DNA of 64,000 nucleotides from an uncultured Phycisphaerales bacterium. GTDB taxonomy: Bacteria > Planctomycetota > Phycisphaerae > Tepidisphaerales > Tepidisphaeraceae. The first letter of the stretch is position 1; every line of letters starts with the position of its first letter. The notes under the pieces were generated by a model that worked only from the letters and a program-made list of their open reading frames with translations, searched no databases and was not told the DNA's origin. Where the stretch lies: the NCBI GenBank assembly GCA_963758525.1, contig CAVWVQ010000003.1:3136001-3200000 (forward strand), given 5' to 3'. Position numbers and translations under genes: made by a program. Positions 21,305 to 31,273 of this stretch are shown here, piece after piece.

Positions 21305-22498
21305 ATGAAGGAAGCAACGAATATAAAGCGAGCACGGCCGGATGGGGCGCGACAGGTTGAAGACGCATCAGCGACCGTGTCGTGGCCGACATCCGCCTGG
21401 TCGATGGCTCGACGCGTTCGCAAGGCGTTGCGAACTCCGTTGGCGGTGCTCATCGCCGCCGGATTCGTGGCAGTGTCGTTCGGGGCCGTCGTGCGACCGG
21501 AAGGGTACGCGGTGGCGGGCGTGATTCTTGCCGCCGTCGTCATTGGTATTGTCGTCCCCGGCCTGACAGTGCGACAGTTGGATGCGACACTGTCTTTTAC
21601 AGTTGAACGGGGCCGGGAAGGGCAGAGAACCGTCGTTCATCTTCATCTGCGCAATCGCGGAATCCTGCCCGCGGCGGGATTGTCACTGGAGGGATTGGAC
21701 TGCTCGCCCGACCGGGCGACGATCCTCTTCGTTGGTCCGTTCGGCAGGAAGTCATATTCCCTGGAATTCATTCCGCCCTGTCGGGGCGTCTACCCAATTG
21801 AGCCGGTCGCGCTGGTCTGTGGAGCGCCGCTGGGGCTGTGGTTCGCACGCAAGACTGTGACGGTTGATCGGAAGGTTCTCGCCTGGCCGGCGCCGACCGC
21901 GGTGGATTCGCGGCTGGCGCGGGATTTGCGCGAGGCAACGTCGCGGAAAGCGTGGATTGCGAGCGACGAAATCGACGGTCTGCGTCCCTATCGGCGCGGC
22001 GACGAATTGCGGATGCTTCATCACCCGCAGTCAGCCCGTCACGATCAGCTCATTGTGAGAGAGAGGGAACGGATCGGTCGTCCGGAGGTGTGCATTGTGC
22101 TGGATACCTGCCTCGACTCTTACCGCGGCAGCGACGCTGGTCCAGGCGGGAACCGCGAAGCTGCCATCCGCGCCGCTGCGGGACTGTGCGATCATTTACT
22201 GCTGGAGCACCCCGCGGTTCGAGTGGTGATCGAAGGGCGGGCGTTCCCGGTCGCGGCGCGCAGTCGGCAACAGATGATGGATGCGCTGGCACGGATATCA
22301 GAAGACCAAAGTCCCGCAATCGATGATGCGCTCATGTCAAATGCGTGCCGCCTAGCGACGCAGTTGATTGTCATCACGCCGCGACCGTTTTCGCGGCGGG
22401 GGCGTATGGCGGCATCAGCGATTCATTTAGTTCCATCGGCACACGCCATCGAGCATCGGGCTCACGAGCGCCGAGGCACCGCCTTGCGAGCATCATGA
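21305..22498 (+). CDS. DUF58 domain protein (MoxR-associated, VWA-like)
   Basis: N-terminal TM pair; RGVYPI, APLGLW, DEIDGLRPYRRGDELRMLHHPQSAR, LIVRERE, IVLDT, EAAIRAAAGL. Confidence 0.85.
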   Translation: MKEATNIKRARPDGARQVEDASATVSWPTSAWSMARRVRKALRTPLAVLIAAGFVAVSFGAVVRPEGYAVAGVILAAVVIGIVVPGLTVRQLDATLSFTVERGREGQRTVVHLHLRNRGILPAAGLSLEGLDCSPDRATILFVGPFGRKSYSLEFIPPCRGVYPIEPVALVCGAPLGLWFARKTVTVDRKVLAWPAPTAVDSRLARDLREATSRKAWIASDEIDGLRPYRRGDELRMLHHPQSARHDQLIVRERERIGRPEVCIVLDTCLDSYRGSDAGPGGNREAAIRAAAGLCDHLLLEHPAVRVVIEGRAFPVAARSRQQMMDALARISEDQSPAIDDALMSNACRLATQLIVITPRPFSRRGRMAASAIHLVPSAHAIEHRAHERRGTALRAS

Positions 22499-24813
22499 AA
22501 GCCGCGATCGGGGACATTCCGTCAGAACTGCCCGACTCGGGCGGTTCGTCGAGCCTGCAGGAGTTGGTGACCTGGGGTCTTGCACTGGTCGCAACGGCGG
22601 CGGTCGCATCCGCGGTGGGGAGTGGTTCTGCAATCGAATGGCCATTGGTCATCGCCCTCGCTCTGCTCATCCGGCTGATCCTCCGGGCGAGGGGCACCTT
22701 GACTTCGTCACGACTCATGATCCCGATCATTCTCATTACCTTTGCATGGCCGTTGTTGAGTGTCTGGTCAAACAGTCGTGTGGCGCGGCCGCTGGATGAT
22801 GGCTTGTTGATTGCATGCTTTCGTGTGCTGTGGATGCAGGCAGCGGTCGCGGCCGGCCGACGGGAACGCGCGCTGGTTGCGGTCACTGCGCTATTTCTGA
22901 CTGTCGCTTCGACCACGCGTGTCGAGACAAGATTCCTCGCGCCAATCATCGCCGCTTTTGCGTTGCTGGGATGTGCATGGCTGGGAGCGACGCACGCTGC
23001 ATCCCACGCGCGAGCGGGTCGCCCGTTGCGGCGCACGCCGATCTCAGCCGTGTTTACCGCGGGCGTATGTTGTCTGATCGGCCTGTATCCTGTGTTTCGT
23101 GACAGAATGACCGCGCTGCGGGGCTGGCTCCCCTCTTCCGGCGGCGCAGAGCGCGCATCTGACCTGGCTGCTTCGGGGATAGGAGACGGGCCGGATCAGG
23201 TGGCGGGATCGACCAACGCCCAATCGGTCGGTTTTGACCAATGCGATGTCTTTATGTATTCGCAACACGGCGGGTTGTATGACGCATTTCTGGAGGTCTA
23301 TGGGGAGCCGGTCAAGAAAGGTGAGTCGGCGAAGATGCAGATGCTTCGCATCGAGGAGTTTGGCCACGCAAGGTCAACCGGGATCGAAGACTATCGGATC
23401 GGACGCGAATTTTCATTACAGCGTCAGCCGCCGCCGCGCGGGCGCGATGCGCTGCCCGACAGCCACAATTCGCAGGCGATGCTCGTCGTAGATGGCTCGC
23501 TCCCCCAGCACATCCGCACGGTGGCTTATGACACATTCGATGGAACGCGATGGACCGCATCGTCGGATGGATGGCCCGGCTGGACGCTCCAGCAAACCGA
23601 ATCGCCCAACTGGTTCAAGCCGCGGCCGGATTCCTACAGCGACCGTTATGGTGCTCCTCCTTTCTCCGGAGAACATGTCGTTACCGTACGCGTCGGCACG
23701 CTTCAGTCGCAAACGCTGCCGATTCCTACTGGATTTGATCGGTTGCACATTGGGCGGGTCACGCGATTGTCTCTGTTTGATTTCAAGCACCCCGATCTCC
23801 TTGAGATGACCGATCGGATCGTGCCCGTGGGTACCGTCATCGATTCCGTTTGCGGGGACTTCGATGCGAAGAAGCTGACGGTGTGGTCGTGGGGAGCCGC
23901 TCAACCGACACGATCGGACGCGTATGCATCAGCGCAATCGGTCCAGCGCCTGGCGCGGAGTTGGACGCACGGACTTGAATTCGGTTGGCCGCAAATCGCT
24001 GCAATCATCGGCCATCTCCAATCGGAATATGAGCTGACCGAAGCGAAGGAGATCCCCACCGCGGGGCAAGCAGATCCGCTGGCAGTCTTTCTCACTCAGT
24101 CGCACCGGGGGCCCGATTACCTCTTCGCATCAGCAACCGCCGCGATGCTGCAGAGCCTCGGATATTCCGCTCGCGTCGCCGGCGGCTTCTACGCCGGCCC
24201 GGGCGATTATGATGCGACGATTAAGCAAACGCCGCTCAATGCGCGACAGATGCATATGTGGGCCGAAGTTGCAGCGGGGGGGCGGTGGCTGGTGGTAGAA
24301 AGCTGTCCTGGATATTTCATCGCCGGCTCGCGGCCTTCGGTGTTGGGGGGATTTGGCAGGAACGTCTGGGCCATCGTGCGAGCCCATTGGCTGGCATCCG
24401 GACTGATCGTTCTGGCACTGATCCGTTGCTTTCAAAAGCGCGTTCTTCTGTATGACACCATCATCACCCTGAGCACGCGCTTGCGTCCCGCGCGAGACTG
24501 GTCTGCCAGGGTGATTCGCACCACTGAGCTCATCGAGCGACGAGCGCACCTGGCCGGAATCCCCAGGCACCCCGCGATGACCCGATCCCGATGGTTGTGC
24601 GCTGCAAATCTGGCGTGCGACGCCAGGCATCGTGGCGCGCTGATACGACTTGCCGCCGCTGTCGAATGGTCCGCGTTCGCCTCGAAAGATCCGTCTGCCT
24701 CGATGGCCGGCGACATCGACGAAGCGTGCGGTGAACTCGAGCGTCACGTCACCGCAGATCAGATGGAGAAGATTCAACGAGCCGCGGGGTTCAGGAGATC
24801 GGAAAGCAAATGA
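22495..24813 (+). CDS. Membrane-anchored transglutaminase-like (TgpA/DUF3488-type) protein lacking the canonical catalytic Cys
   Basis: Multiple N-terminal TM helices; IRTVAYDTFDGTRW; DPLAVFL..HRGPDYLFASATAAMLQSLGYSARVAGGFY; HMWAEV; WLVVESCPGY. Confidence 0.8.
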   Translation: MKAAIGDIPSELPDSGGSSSLQELVTWGLALVATAAVASAVGSGSAIEWPLVIALALLIRLILRARGTLTSSRLMIPIILITFAWPLLSVWSNSRVARPLDDGLLIACFRVLWMQAAVAAGRRERALVAVTALFLTVASTTRVETRFLAPIIAAFALLGCAWLGATHAASHARAGRPLRRTPISAVFTAGVCCLIGLYPVFRDRMTALRGWLPSSGGAERASDLAASGIGDGPDQVAGSTNAQSVGFDQCDVFMYSQHGGLYDAFLEVYGEPVKKGESAKMQMLRIEEFGHARSTGIEDYRIGREFSLQRQPPPRGRDALPDSHNSQAMLVVDGSLPQHIRTVAYDTFDGTRWTASSDGWPGWTLQQTESPNWFKPRPDSYSDRYGAPPFSGEHVVTVRVGTLQSQTLPIPTGFDRLHIGRVTRLSLFDFKHPDLLEMTDRIVPVGTVIDSVCGDFDAKKLTVWSWGAAQPTRSDAYASAQSVQRLARSWTHGLEFGWPQIAAIIGHLQSEYELTEAKEIPTAGQADPLAVFLTQSHRGPDYLFASATAAMLQSLGYSARVAGGFYAGPGDYDATIKQTPLNARQMHMWAEVAAGGRWLVVESCPGYFIAGSRPSVLGGFGRNVWAIVRAHWLASGLIVLALIRCFQKRVLLYDTIITLSTRLRPARDWSARVIRTTELIERRAHLAGIPRHPAMTRSRWLCAANLACDARHRGALIRLAAAVEWSAFASKDPSASMAGDIDEACGELERHVTADQMEKIQRAAGFRRSESK

Positions 24814-25779
24814 CTCAAACGGCCACGAGTTTTCCGGCGCAGCATGCCGGTCCGAATATGCCCGCAGATCCGTTTCACACGGTCGACCTGATTCGTCAGC
24901 GGCTGAACCGCACGCTTCTGGGGAAGGAGGACGTGGTGGAGATGGTGCTGGCGTGCGTGCTGGCGCGAGGTCATCTGTTGCTGGAGGATGTGCCGGGGTT
25001 GGGGAAGACGACTCTTGCCAAGACGTTGGCGCGAACGGTTGGCGGGCGCTTTGCGCGGGTGCAGTGCACGCCCGACCTGTTGCCCGGCGACATCACCGGA
25101 TTTAACGTTTTTAACCAGAAAACGCGGGAGTTCGATTTTCTGCCGGGGCCGGTGTTCGCTGACGTATTGCTGATTGACGAGGTCAATCGGGCAACCCCCC
25201 GAACTCAAAGCGCACTGCTGGAGGCGATGGCGGAAAGGCAGATCACGGTGGATGGCGTGCCCCATGCACTGTGTTCGACCTTTTTTGTCATCGCCACTCA
25301 GAATCCAATTGAACATCACGGAACTTACGAGCTTCCCGAAGCTCAGTTGGATCGGTTCGCGATGAAGCTGTCGATAGGCTACCCGTCGGCCTCCCATGAG
25401 CTGGCCATGTTGGAGTCGGCAATCGGGCACTGCTGCGATGACGGCGCTGCCGAAGAGGCGGTGGTCAATGGAGGCGAGCTTCATCGCCTCCAGGAGCTGG
25501 TCGTTCGCACGACGGTCCAAAAGAGCGTCCGGGCATACCTGGTGTCGCTGGCCGGTCTCACGCGGATGCATCCGGAAGTCGAGTTGGGCGTCAGCCCGCG
25601 CGGGCTGATGACCTGGCAGCGTGTCGCCCAGGCCCGCGCTTCTGCGCGGCCGGTCATTTGTAACGCCCGATGACGTGCAGGACGTGGCGCCGATGGTGCT
25701 GGGCGTTCGGCTCTGTGTGAGGAGTGGATCGACCGGGGAATTGATCGAGCGTTTGCTCAGTGAGGTCGCGGTTCCATGA
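24810..25779 (+). CDS. moxR: MoxR-family AAA+ ATPase; apparent frameshift near 25642
   Basis: HLLLEDVPGLGKT, RVQCTPDLLPGDITG, LLIDEVNRATPRTQSALLEAM, ATQNPIE..GTYELPEAQLDRF; C-terminus LRGRSFVTPDDVQ...VAVP* in shifted frame. Confidence 0.92.
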
Positions 25780-25888
25780 ACATCAGGGGAGGGAGAAGAC
25801 CCCCGCGTAAAGTCTCACGCCCCCCAAGGCTGGCGTGATTTCTACCTGCAATTGACTTTCATCTGCGCCCCGCGCATTCTAGTGCGAA

Positions 25889-26239
25889 ATGTTCCGCCGC
25901 TGTGTTTCCCTTACCTTGCTGCTTTGCTTCCTTGCAATGGGAAGTGGCTTTGCGCTGTACCTGCACGAGCAGGCGCATGCGCGCGAGGACGCCGCCATTG
26001 CTGCCGCCGCCAAGGCGGCGGGGCTGCCGCCGCCGGAACCGTGCGATCACGACGACAACAACTGCCCGATTCACGCCCAGCTTCACATGCTGATGGTGAG
26101 CGGCACCGTCCTTCCGATTCTTCTTCTGCTGGGGCTCGCGGCTGCATTTCTCACCGAACTGCCGCCGCAGGCTCCTACGAGTCACGTTCCGCTGGTGGCT
26201 GACTGCCGCGGGCCGCCTTACGTGACTCTCCCCCACTAA
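25889..26239 (+). CDS. DUF2946/CruR-like small leader protein with metal-ligand motif and RGPP arrest-like motif
   Basis: Hydrophobic N-terminus, LHEQAH, CDHDDNNCPIHAQLH, Pro-rich segment, C-terminal DCRGPP; directly upstream of a TonB-dependent receptor. Confidence 0.75.
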   Translation: MFRRCVSLTLLLCFLAMGSGFALYLHEQAHAREDAAIAAAAKAAGLPPPEPCDHDDNNCPIHAQLHMLMVSGTVLPILLLLGLAAAFLTELPPQAPTSHVPLVADCRGPPYVTLPH

Positions 26240-26434
26240 ATGAACGTGCGCGAGTACGCGCCAGTGCGGATCGCTCTCTGCCTTTGAGGCAGCTGCAAAC
26301 GAACATCCGCAGCACGTGATTGCTCACGTCGTTTAGTTGTAATTTCTTGGAAAGACATTTCCCCACTTTGTTTTGTCGTCCGGGACGGCCAGCCGTCAAA
26401 TTCGGCGCCGCCCGGGCACGAATGGAGACCGGTC

Positions 26435-28653
26435 ATGCGGGAAGAGAATCGATTGCGATCGCGCCGTTGTGCGCGAATGGGCTTTATGTTTATTTTTGTG
26501 ACATCCTGGGCGATGGGGCAAACGGGAACGGCCGAGGCGCCGTCCGCGCCGCCGACGCCGACAATCAGTCCTTCTACTCAGCCGTCCGTCTCCGCGGCGC
26601 AGCAGAGCGCCGCGAGCGGCGAAGGAACTGCACCGCGCCAGCTTGGCAAGGTGGTGGTCACATCTGATCTGGATATCGCACGCGAGCAGATCGCTCCGAG
26701 CCTCGGAGCGACGACCTACAACATCACTCCCGCGCAGATTCAGTCCATCCCCGGCGGCGAGAATGCCTCTTTCAAAGAGGTGCTGTTGCGAGCGCCGGGA
26801 GTCGTGGAGGATTCCTTCGGGCAGGAACACGTTCGCGGTGAGCACGCGAATCTGACCTATCGAGTCAATGGGGTGCTGCTTCCCGAGCCGGTCAGCGGAT
26901 TCGGGCAGGAGCTCGACACTCGTCTCATCGACAACCTGACGCTTATCACCGGCGCTCTCCCTGCCCAATTCGGATTTCACACCGCTGGCATCGTGGATGT
27001 CACCACCAAGTCTGGCGACACGCTGAATCACAATGAACTGTCACTCTATGGCGGGAGCAATGACACGATTCAGCCCTCGCTGCAGGTTGGAGGGACCTCG
27101 GGAAGACTCGATTACTTCATCACCACTTCCTACAACCACAATGGAATCGGCATCGAAAACCCGACGGGCACGCATCATCCGAGCCACGACTACACGGATC
27201 AGGAACGCGGCTTCGGTTACTTCTCCTACCGCATCGACGATACAAGCCGGGTGAGTCTGCTGGCCAACGCCTCCTACGCTGATTTTCAGATTCCCACCAG
27301 TGCGGGCGTGGCGCCTGCTTTCAACTTGAACGGCGTTACAACCGCCAATTCCTCGAAGGTAGATGAAAACCAGAATGAGCAGGAATACTACACCGTTGTC
27401 TCATATCAAAAGACCACCGGTGAGGCGTCGCTCCAATTGTCGGCCTTCAGCCGTTATGGACAAATCACGTTCAGCCCGGATCCCACGCGCGACCTTATTT
27501 TTCAAGGCGTCTCCAGCGCGGTCTATAACAATTTCGCAACAACCGGCCTGCAGTTTGACGGCTCGTATATCGTCAATGATCAGCATACGCTGCGAACCGG
27601 ATTCATCACCGACTTCACTGAGGAAAGACTCGACTCGGTAACCGGGGTGTTTCAAGTTGACAACGCCGGCGCGCAGGCGTCGATCGCGCCAACCGATATC
27701 TACGAAAATACGTCAAACCGCGCTTGGGAGTCGGGCATCTACTTGCAGGACGAATGGCGCCTTACGCAAAAACTGACCTTGAATTATGGGCTGCGGTACG
27801 ACCGCTTTGATTCGAATTTTGACACCGAAGACCAGGTCAGCCCGCGCGCGAACCTTGTGTATAAGATTGATGACGCGACGACAGCGCATATCGGCTACTC
27901 GCGTTATTTTGTTCCGCCGCCGATCCAGAATGTTGATATCGCTTCAGTTCAGCGCTTTAACGGAACCACCAACGCGGCGGGCGTCCAGCTCGCCGACCCG
28001 CCCAAGGTCGAGCGGTCCAACTACTTCGATGCTGGAATCTCGCATCAATTCACGCCGGCTTTCCAGATGACGCTCGATGGATTTTACAAGCAGTCGCACA
28101 ACCTGGTGGACCTCGGCCAGTTTGGAGCCGCGATCATCGAAACCCCATTCAACTACCGCACCGGAAAAGTCTATGGCGGCGAGTTGAGCGGCACCTATCG
28201 GCAGGGGGGCTTTTCAGCCTTCGCCAATTTCTCATACGTGGAGACCGCGGCGCACAATATTGATTCGCAGGAATTTCAGATCGATCCGGACGAGTTTGCT
28301 TATATCAAGACGCACGATATTCACCTCGACCATGAAGCCGAATTGTCCGGGGCGTTCGGGGTGGCGTACCAATGGAAGAACGATCGGGTGTATCTGGACT
28401 TGCTGGCTGCAAGCGGCCTGCGCAGCGGTTTTGCCAACACCGAAAGTCTCGGCTCCCACTATCCGGTCAACGTGGGGTACGAGCACATCTTTCGTCCGAA
28501 CGGTCCCAACGGCAACCCGTTGAGGTTCCGTTGCGACATCGTCAACATCTTCGACGAAAAGTACGAATTGCGCGACGGCAGCGGGATCGGTGTCGGCGCC
28601 CCCAATACGGCCCGCGAATCGGCTTTTTCGCCGGGGTGGCTTATGAATTCTGA
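26435..28653 (+). CDS. TonB-dependent outer-membrane receptor; apparent frameshift in C5 run near 28600
   Basis: TonB-box-like KVVVTS, plug LLRAPGV..HVRGEHANLTYRVNGV, YLQDEW, LNYGLRYD, SPRANL; shifted-frame end QYGPRIGFFAGVAYEF* with terminal Phe. Confidence 0.9.
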
Positions 28654-28665
28654 TGGAGGTGCATA

Positions 28666-29385
28666 TTGAGCGCGCCATCCATGCAGAGCGATTCCACGGA
28701 AATTGCACTCGTGCCCGTGGGGACGGCTGCGCTATGGATGATGTGCCTTGCGGTGGGAACCATCGGCTTGCTGATTCCCTATCCCCTTCCCCGCGCACCG
28801 TTGAAGGAACTGGCCCCGGTCCAGGCGCAGCTGATGCACGTTCAACTGATGAACGATGCATCGCTGCCGCCGGAGGTCGGGCCGCCAGTTCCGGATGAAC
28901 TGCCGGCGCCACCCCCGCCTCCCGCGGAAAATATCACTGCGCCGGCGGCGCCGCCGTTGGTTGCGGTGGCAGTTCCAAACCCGGCGATTGTCATGGCGCG
29001 ACCGATCCAAGGACCAACAACGATCGTCGAACCCAGGCACGCAACCCCTCCGCACTCGCCGGTTGCGGCAACCGGCCCTTCCATACCGGCAACTCCCAGG
29101 GCGCCTGCCCGTCCGACGCATTTAACCTTCGGCGAGGGTGATGGAAATCAACCAGCGCCTGAGTATCCGCGTGAGGCCAGGTTGGCCAGGCAGCAGGGCA
29201 CCGTGCTCATTCAATTTACAGTCGGTGAAGACGGACGCGTCCAATCCGCCAGGGCAGTCGTCCCCAGCCCGTTCCCGTTGCTGAATCAGGCGGCTCTCCG
29301 AGCCGTTCGCGAAGACTGGCGTTTTTCGGCCGGAGCGGTCCGGACCTTTGAAGTCTCCATTCAATTTGAACTCAAGCAGCATTGA
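28666..29385 (+). CDS. tonB: Energy transducer TonB
   Basis: N-terminal TM, Pro-rich linker, [36 protein letters not shown] upstream of TTG. Confidence 0.88.
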   Translation: MSAPSMQSDSTEIALVPVGTAALWMMCLAVGTIGLLIPYPLPRAPLKELAPVQAQLMHVQLMNDASLPPEVGPPVPDELPAPPPPPAENITAPAAPPLVAVAVPNPAIVMARPIQGPTTIVEPRHATPPHSPVAATGPSIPATPRAPARPTHLTFGEGDGNQPAPEYPREARLARQQGTVLIQFTVGEDGRVQSARAVVPSPFPLLNQAALRAVREDWRFSAGAVRTFEVSIQFELKQH

Positions 29386-30137
29386 GTCGGGCCTCGTTGT
29401 CTATGGAACCTATTCTCGCAAACATCGTCGTGGACTATTTTCTGCAGGGCGGGCCGATTATGTGGCCGCTCCTGCTGGCCCTGCTGGCGGCAATCGTCGT
29501 CGTTCTTGAGCGTTCCATCTGGTGGTGGATGCTCCGCCTTCGCACGCGCAGCAATCCCCTGCGTCTCAGTTTCGAGGCGATTGCCGCCGGCGAATTCGAC
29601 GCGGCGCTGGCGCTGACGGACCGGCCGAGCGATCCCTTCCTCACTACCGTTCACCAGGGTTTGCTGCACGCGCACAGCTCGCTCCTGGGAGCCATGCAAA
29701 TGCGGGCGTCGGAGGAACTCGAATGCGGAGAACGACGGCAATGGATCCTGGGAACGCTGATCACGCTTTCCCCATTGCTCGGATTGCTCGGCACCATCAC
29801 AGGAATCATGCGGTCGTTCAGCTTCGTCGGCAACGAACAGCTCGAAGCGACGAAAGTGAGCGGGGGAATTGCCGAAGCGCTGATCGCCACCGCCTGCGGG
29901 CTGGGCATCGCTATTCTGTGTTTGATTCCTTACAACTTCTTCAACCGGAAGCTTACGCAGTTCCGGTCCCGTCTGGAGCGGACGATCAATCACGTGGAGT
30001 TGCTTGCCGCGTCGGCGAAGCATCACGGTCACGATTTGGAGGAGTTTGCGCGGGAGCGCGAAATCGCTGGACGTCAGGTGGATACGGACGACAAGCCGCA
30101 GCGGGTGATTGGTGATGGGAACGTGAAGAAATGGTGA
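29382..30137 (+). CDS. exbB: ExbB/TolQ (MotA family) proton channel protein
   Basis: [48 protein letters not shown]. Confidence 0.92.
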   Translation: MSRASLSMEPILANIVVDYFLQGGPIMWPLLLALLAAIVVVLERSIWWWMLRLRTRSNPLRLSFEAIAAGEFDAALALTDRPSDPFLTTVHQGLLHAHSSLLGAMQMRASEELECGERRQWILGTLITLSPLLGLLGTITGIMRSFSFVGNEQLEATKVSGGIAEALIATACGLGIAILCLIPYNFFNRKLTQFRSRLERTINHVELLAASAKHHGHDLEEFAREREIAGRQVDTDDKPQRVIGDGNVKKW

Positions 30138-30322
30138 TTGGTGATTGGAACGTGACGGGGAGATGGTGATTGGAACGTGACGGGACGAAAGAACTGAACG
30201 TGAAGACGTGAAACGTGAGAGGAGGGAAAGGGAACGCGCTCGGATCGCTCTGCTCACGTTTGAGGTTCACGTTTCTGTATTGTCACGTTCCAATCACCAA
30301 TCACCCGTTCACCAATCACCCG
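30103..30322. repeat. Heptamer-based (GTGATTG / AACGTGA) tandem repeats arranged as a long inverted pair
   Basis: ggtgattggtgattggaacgtgac units on the left arm, gtcacgttccaatcaccaatcacc on the right arm; overlaps the exbB 3' end. Confidence 0.7.
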
Positions 30323-30338
30323 TTTCTGAGGTACCCCC

Positions 30339-30776
30339 ATGCCCATCAAACTTGATTCAAAACTTCCCTCGGACAACGCCGAGGCGCGCATCGAGATCGT
30401 GCCGTTGATCGACATCATGTTCTTTTTATTGGCGTCGTTCATGCTCGTCAGCCTGAGCATGGTCAACATGAAGAGCGTCAAAGTGGATCTGCCGACGGCA
30501 ACAACTTCGAGCGTCGATCTGAAGAAGGATTTTGTTGACATCTCCGTCGACAAGAGCGGCGCTGCGTTTCTGGACAAAAAGCCGATGGCGGGCAATGAGC
30601 TGATGGCGGCGCTCGCCCAACTGGCGCGGGAGAATCCGAAGCTGCGCGTCTTCATCAGCGGTGACCGTGACACGCGCAACGGCGACATGATTCACGTGCT
30701 CGACCTGGTGCGGCAGGCGGGGATCGACAAGGTGGCTTTCGAGGTCAAAGCGAGCGATCGCGCCGGTGCACCATGA
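30339..30776 (+). CDS. exbD: ExbD/TolR biopolymer transport protein
   Basis: RIEIVPLIDIMFFLLASFML, VDLP, ISGD, VLDLVRQAGI. Confidence 0.92.
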   Translation: MPIKLDSKLPSDNAEARIEIVPLIDIMFFLLASFMLVSLSMVNMKSVKVDLPTATTSSVDLKKDFVDISVDKSGAAFLDKKPMAGNELMAALAQLARENPKLRVFISGDRDTRNGDMIHVLDLVRQAGIDKVAFEVKASDRAGAP

Positions 30777-31231
30777 ATCGCGTCCTCCAATGGTTCAATT
30801 TTGTGGGTGTGCTCGCGCTGACGGGCCTCTGCGTCGTGCAGTGGAAGGTAAACCGCCAGTTGAACCTGGCAGCCGCGCAGTTGGAACGGCTGCACCTGGC
30901 GGACGAAGCGAAGACCGCCAGGGACTCAAAGACGATCAGCGAACAGGCGTCCGATCTGGAGGAATTTCGCGAACGCGTTCGTCTTTGCGAAGTGGCATTG
31001 GCCGATAGCGAGAAGCAGTTGCAAACGGCGCAATCCGAGCGGGATCGACTCAACGCTTCGGTGGATCAGCTCAAGGCATCCCTCGCTCAATGGACGGCGG
31101 CGGTCGCGCAGCGCGACGCGGCCATCAAGCAGGCAGCCGCCCAAATTCAAAAATTGGCGGACGATCGCAACGAGGCGGTGCGGAGATTCAATGATCTGGC
31201 GGAGAAGTACAACGCCCTTGCGAAGAAGTAA
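30773..31231 (+). CDS. Membrane-anchored coiled-coil hypothetical protein
   Basis: ATGA overlap with exbD; N-terminal TM (FNFVGVLALTGLCVVQW) then continuous heptad-rich helix. Confidence 0.75.
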   Translation: MNRVLQWFNFVGVLALTGLCVVQWKVNRQLNLAAAQLERLHLADEAKTARDSKTISEQASDLEEFRERVRLCEVALADSEKQLQTAQSERDRLNASVDQLKASLAQWTAAVAQRDAAIKQAAAQIQKLADDRNEAVRRFNDLAEKYNALAKK

Positions 31232-31273
31232 GCCGAAAACTGAAAACGCTCCCGCCGCCGCCTATTATTCCTG

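Larger units (their letters stand above)
17680..21308 (+). pseudogene. DUF318 (ArsP-like) predicted permease interrupted by an IS1634-family element; additional apparent frameshift near 18222
   Basis: GMLLPVCSLGVIPV, AFVLTGPLLNPIS, PAYISPL, His motifs MGHHD and VDHTHSFDD; removing 18902-20944 (element plus one TTAG copy) restores in-frame ...GLVAFSVIGAYVYFP... Confidence 0.85.

Noticed and set aside
30103..30322. Heptamer arrays here and at 38949 and 47500 considered as CRISPR arrays
   Set aside because: No constant 23-47 bp repeat with unique regular spacers; units are short and arranged as inverted arms
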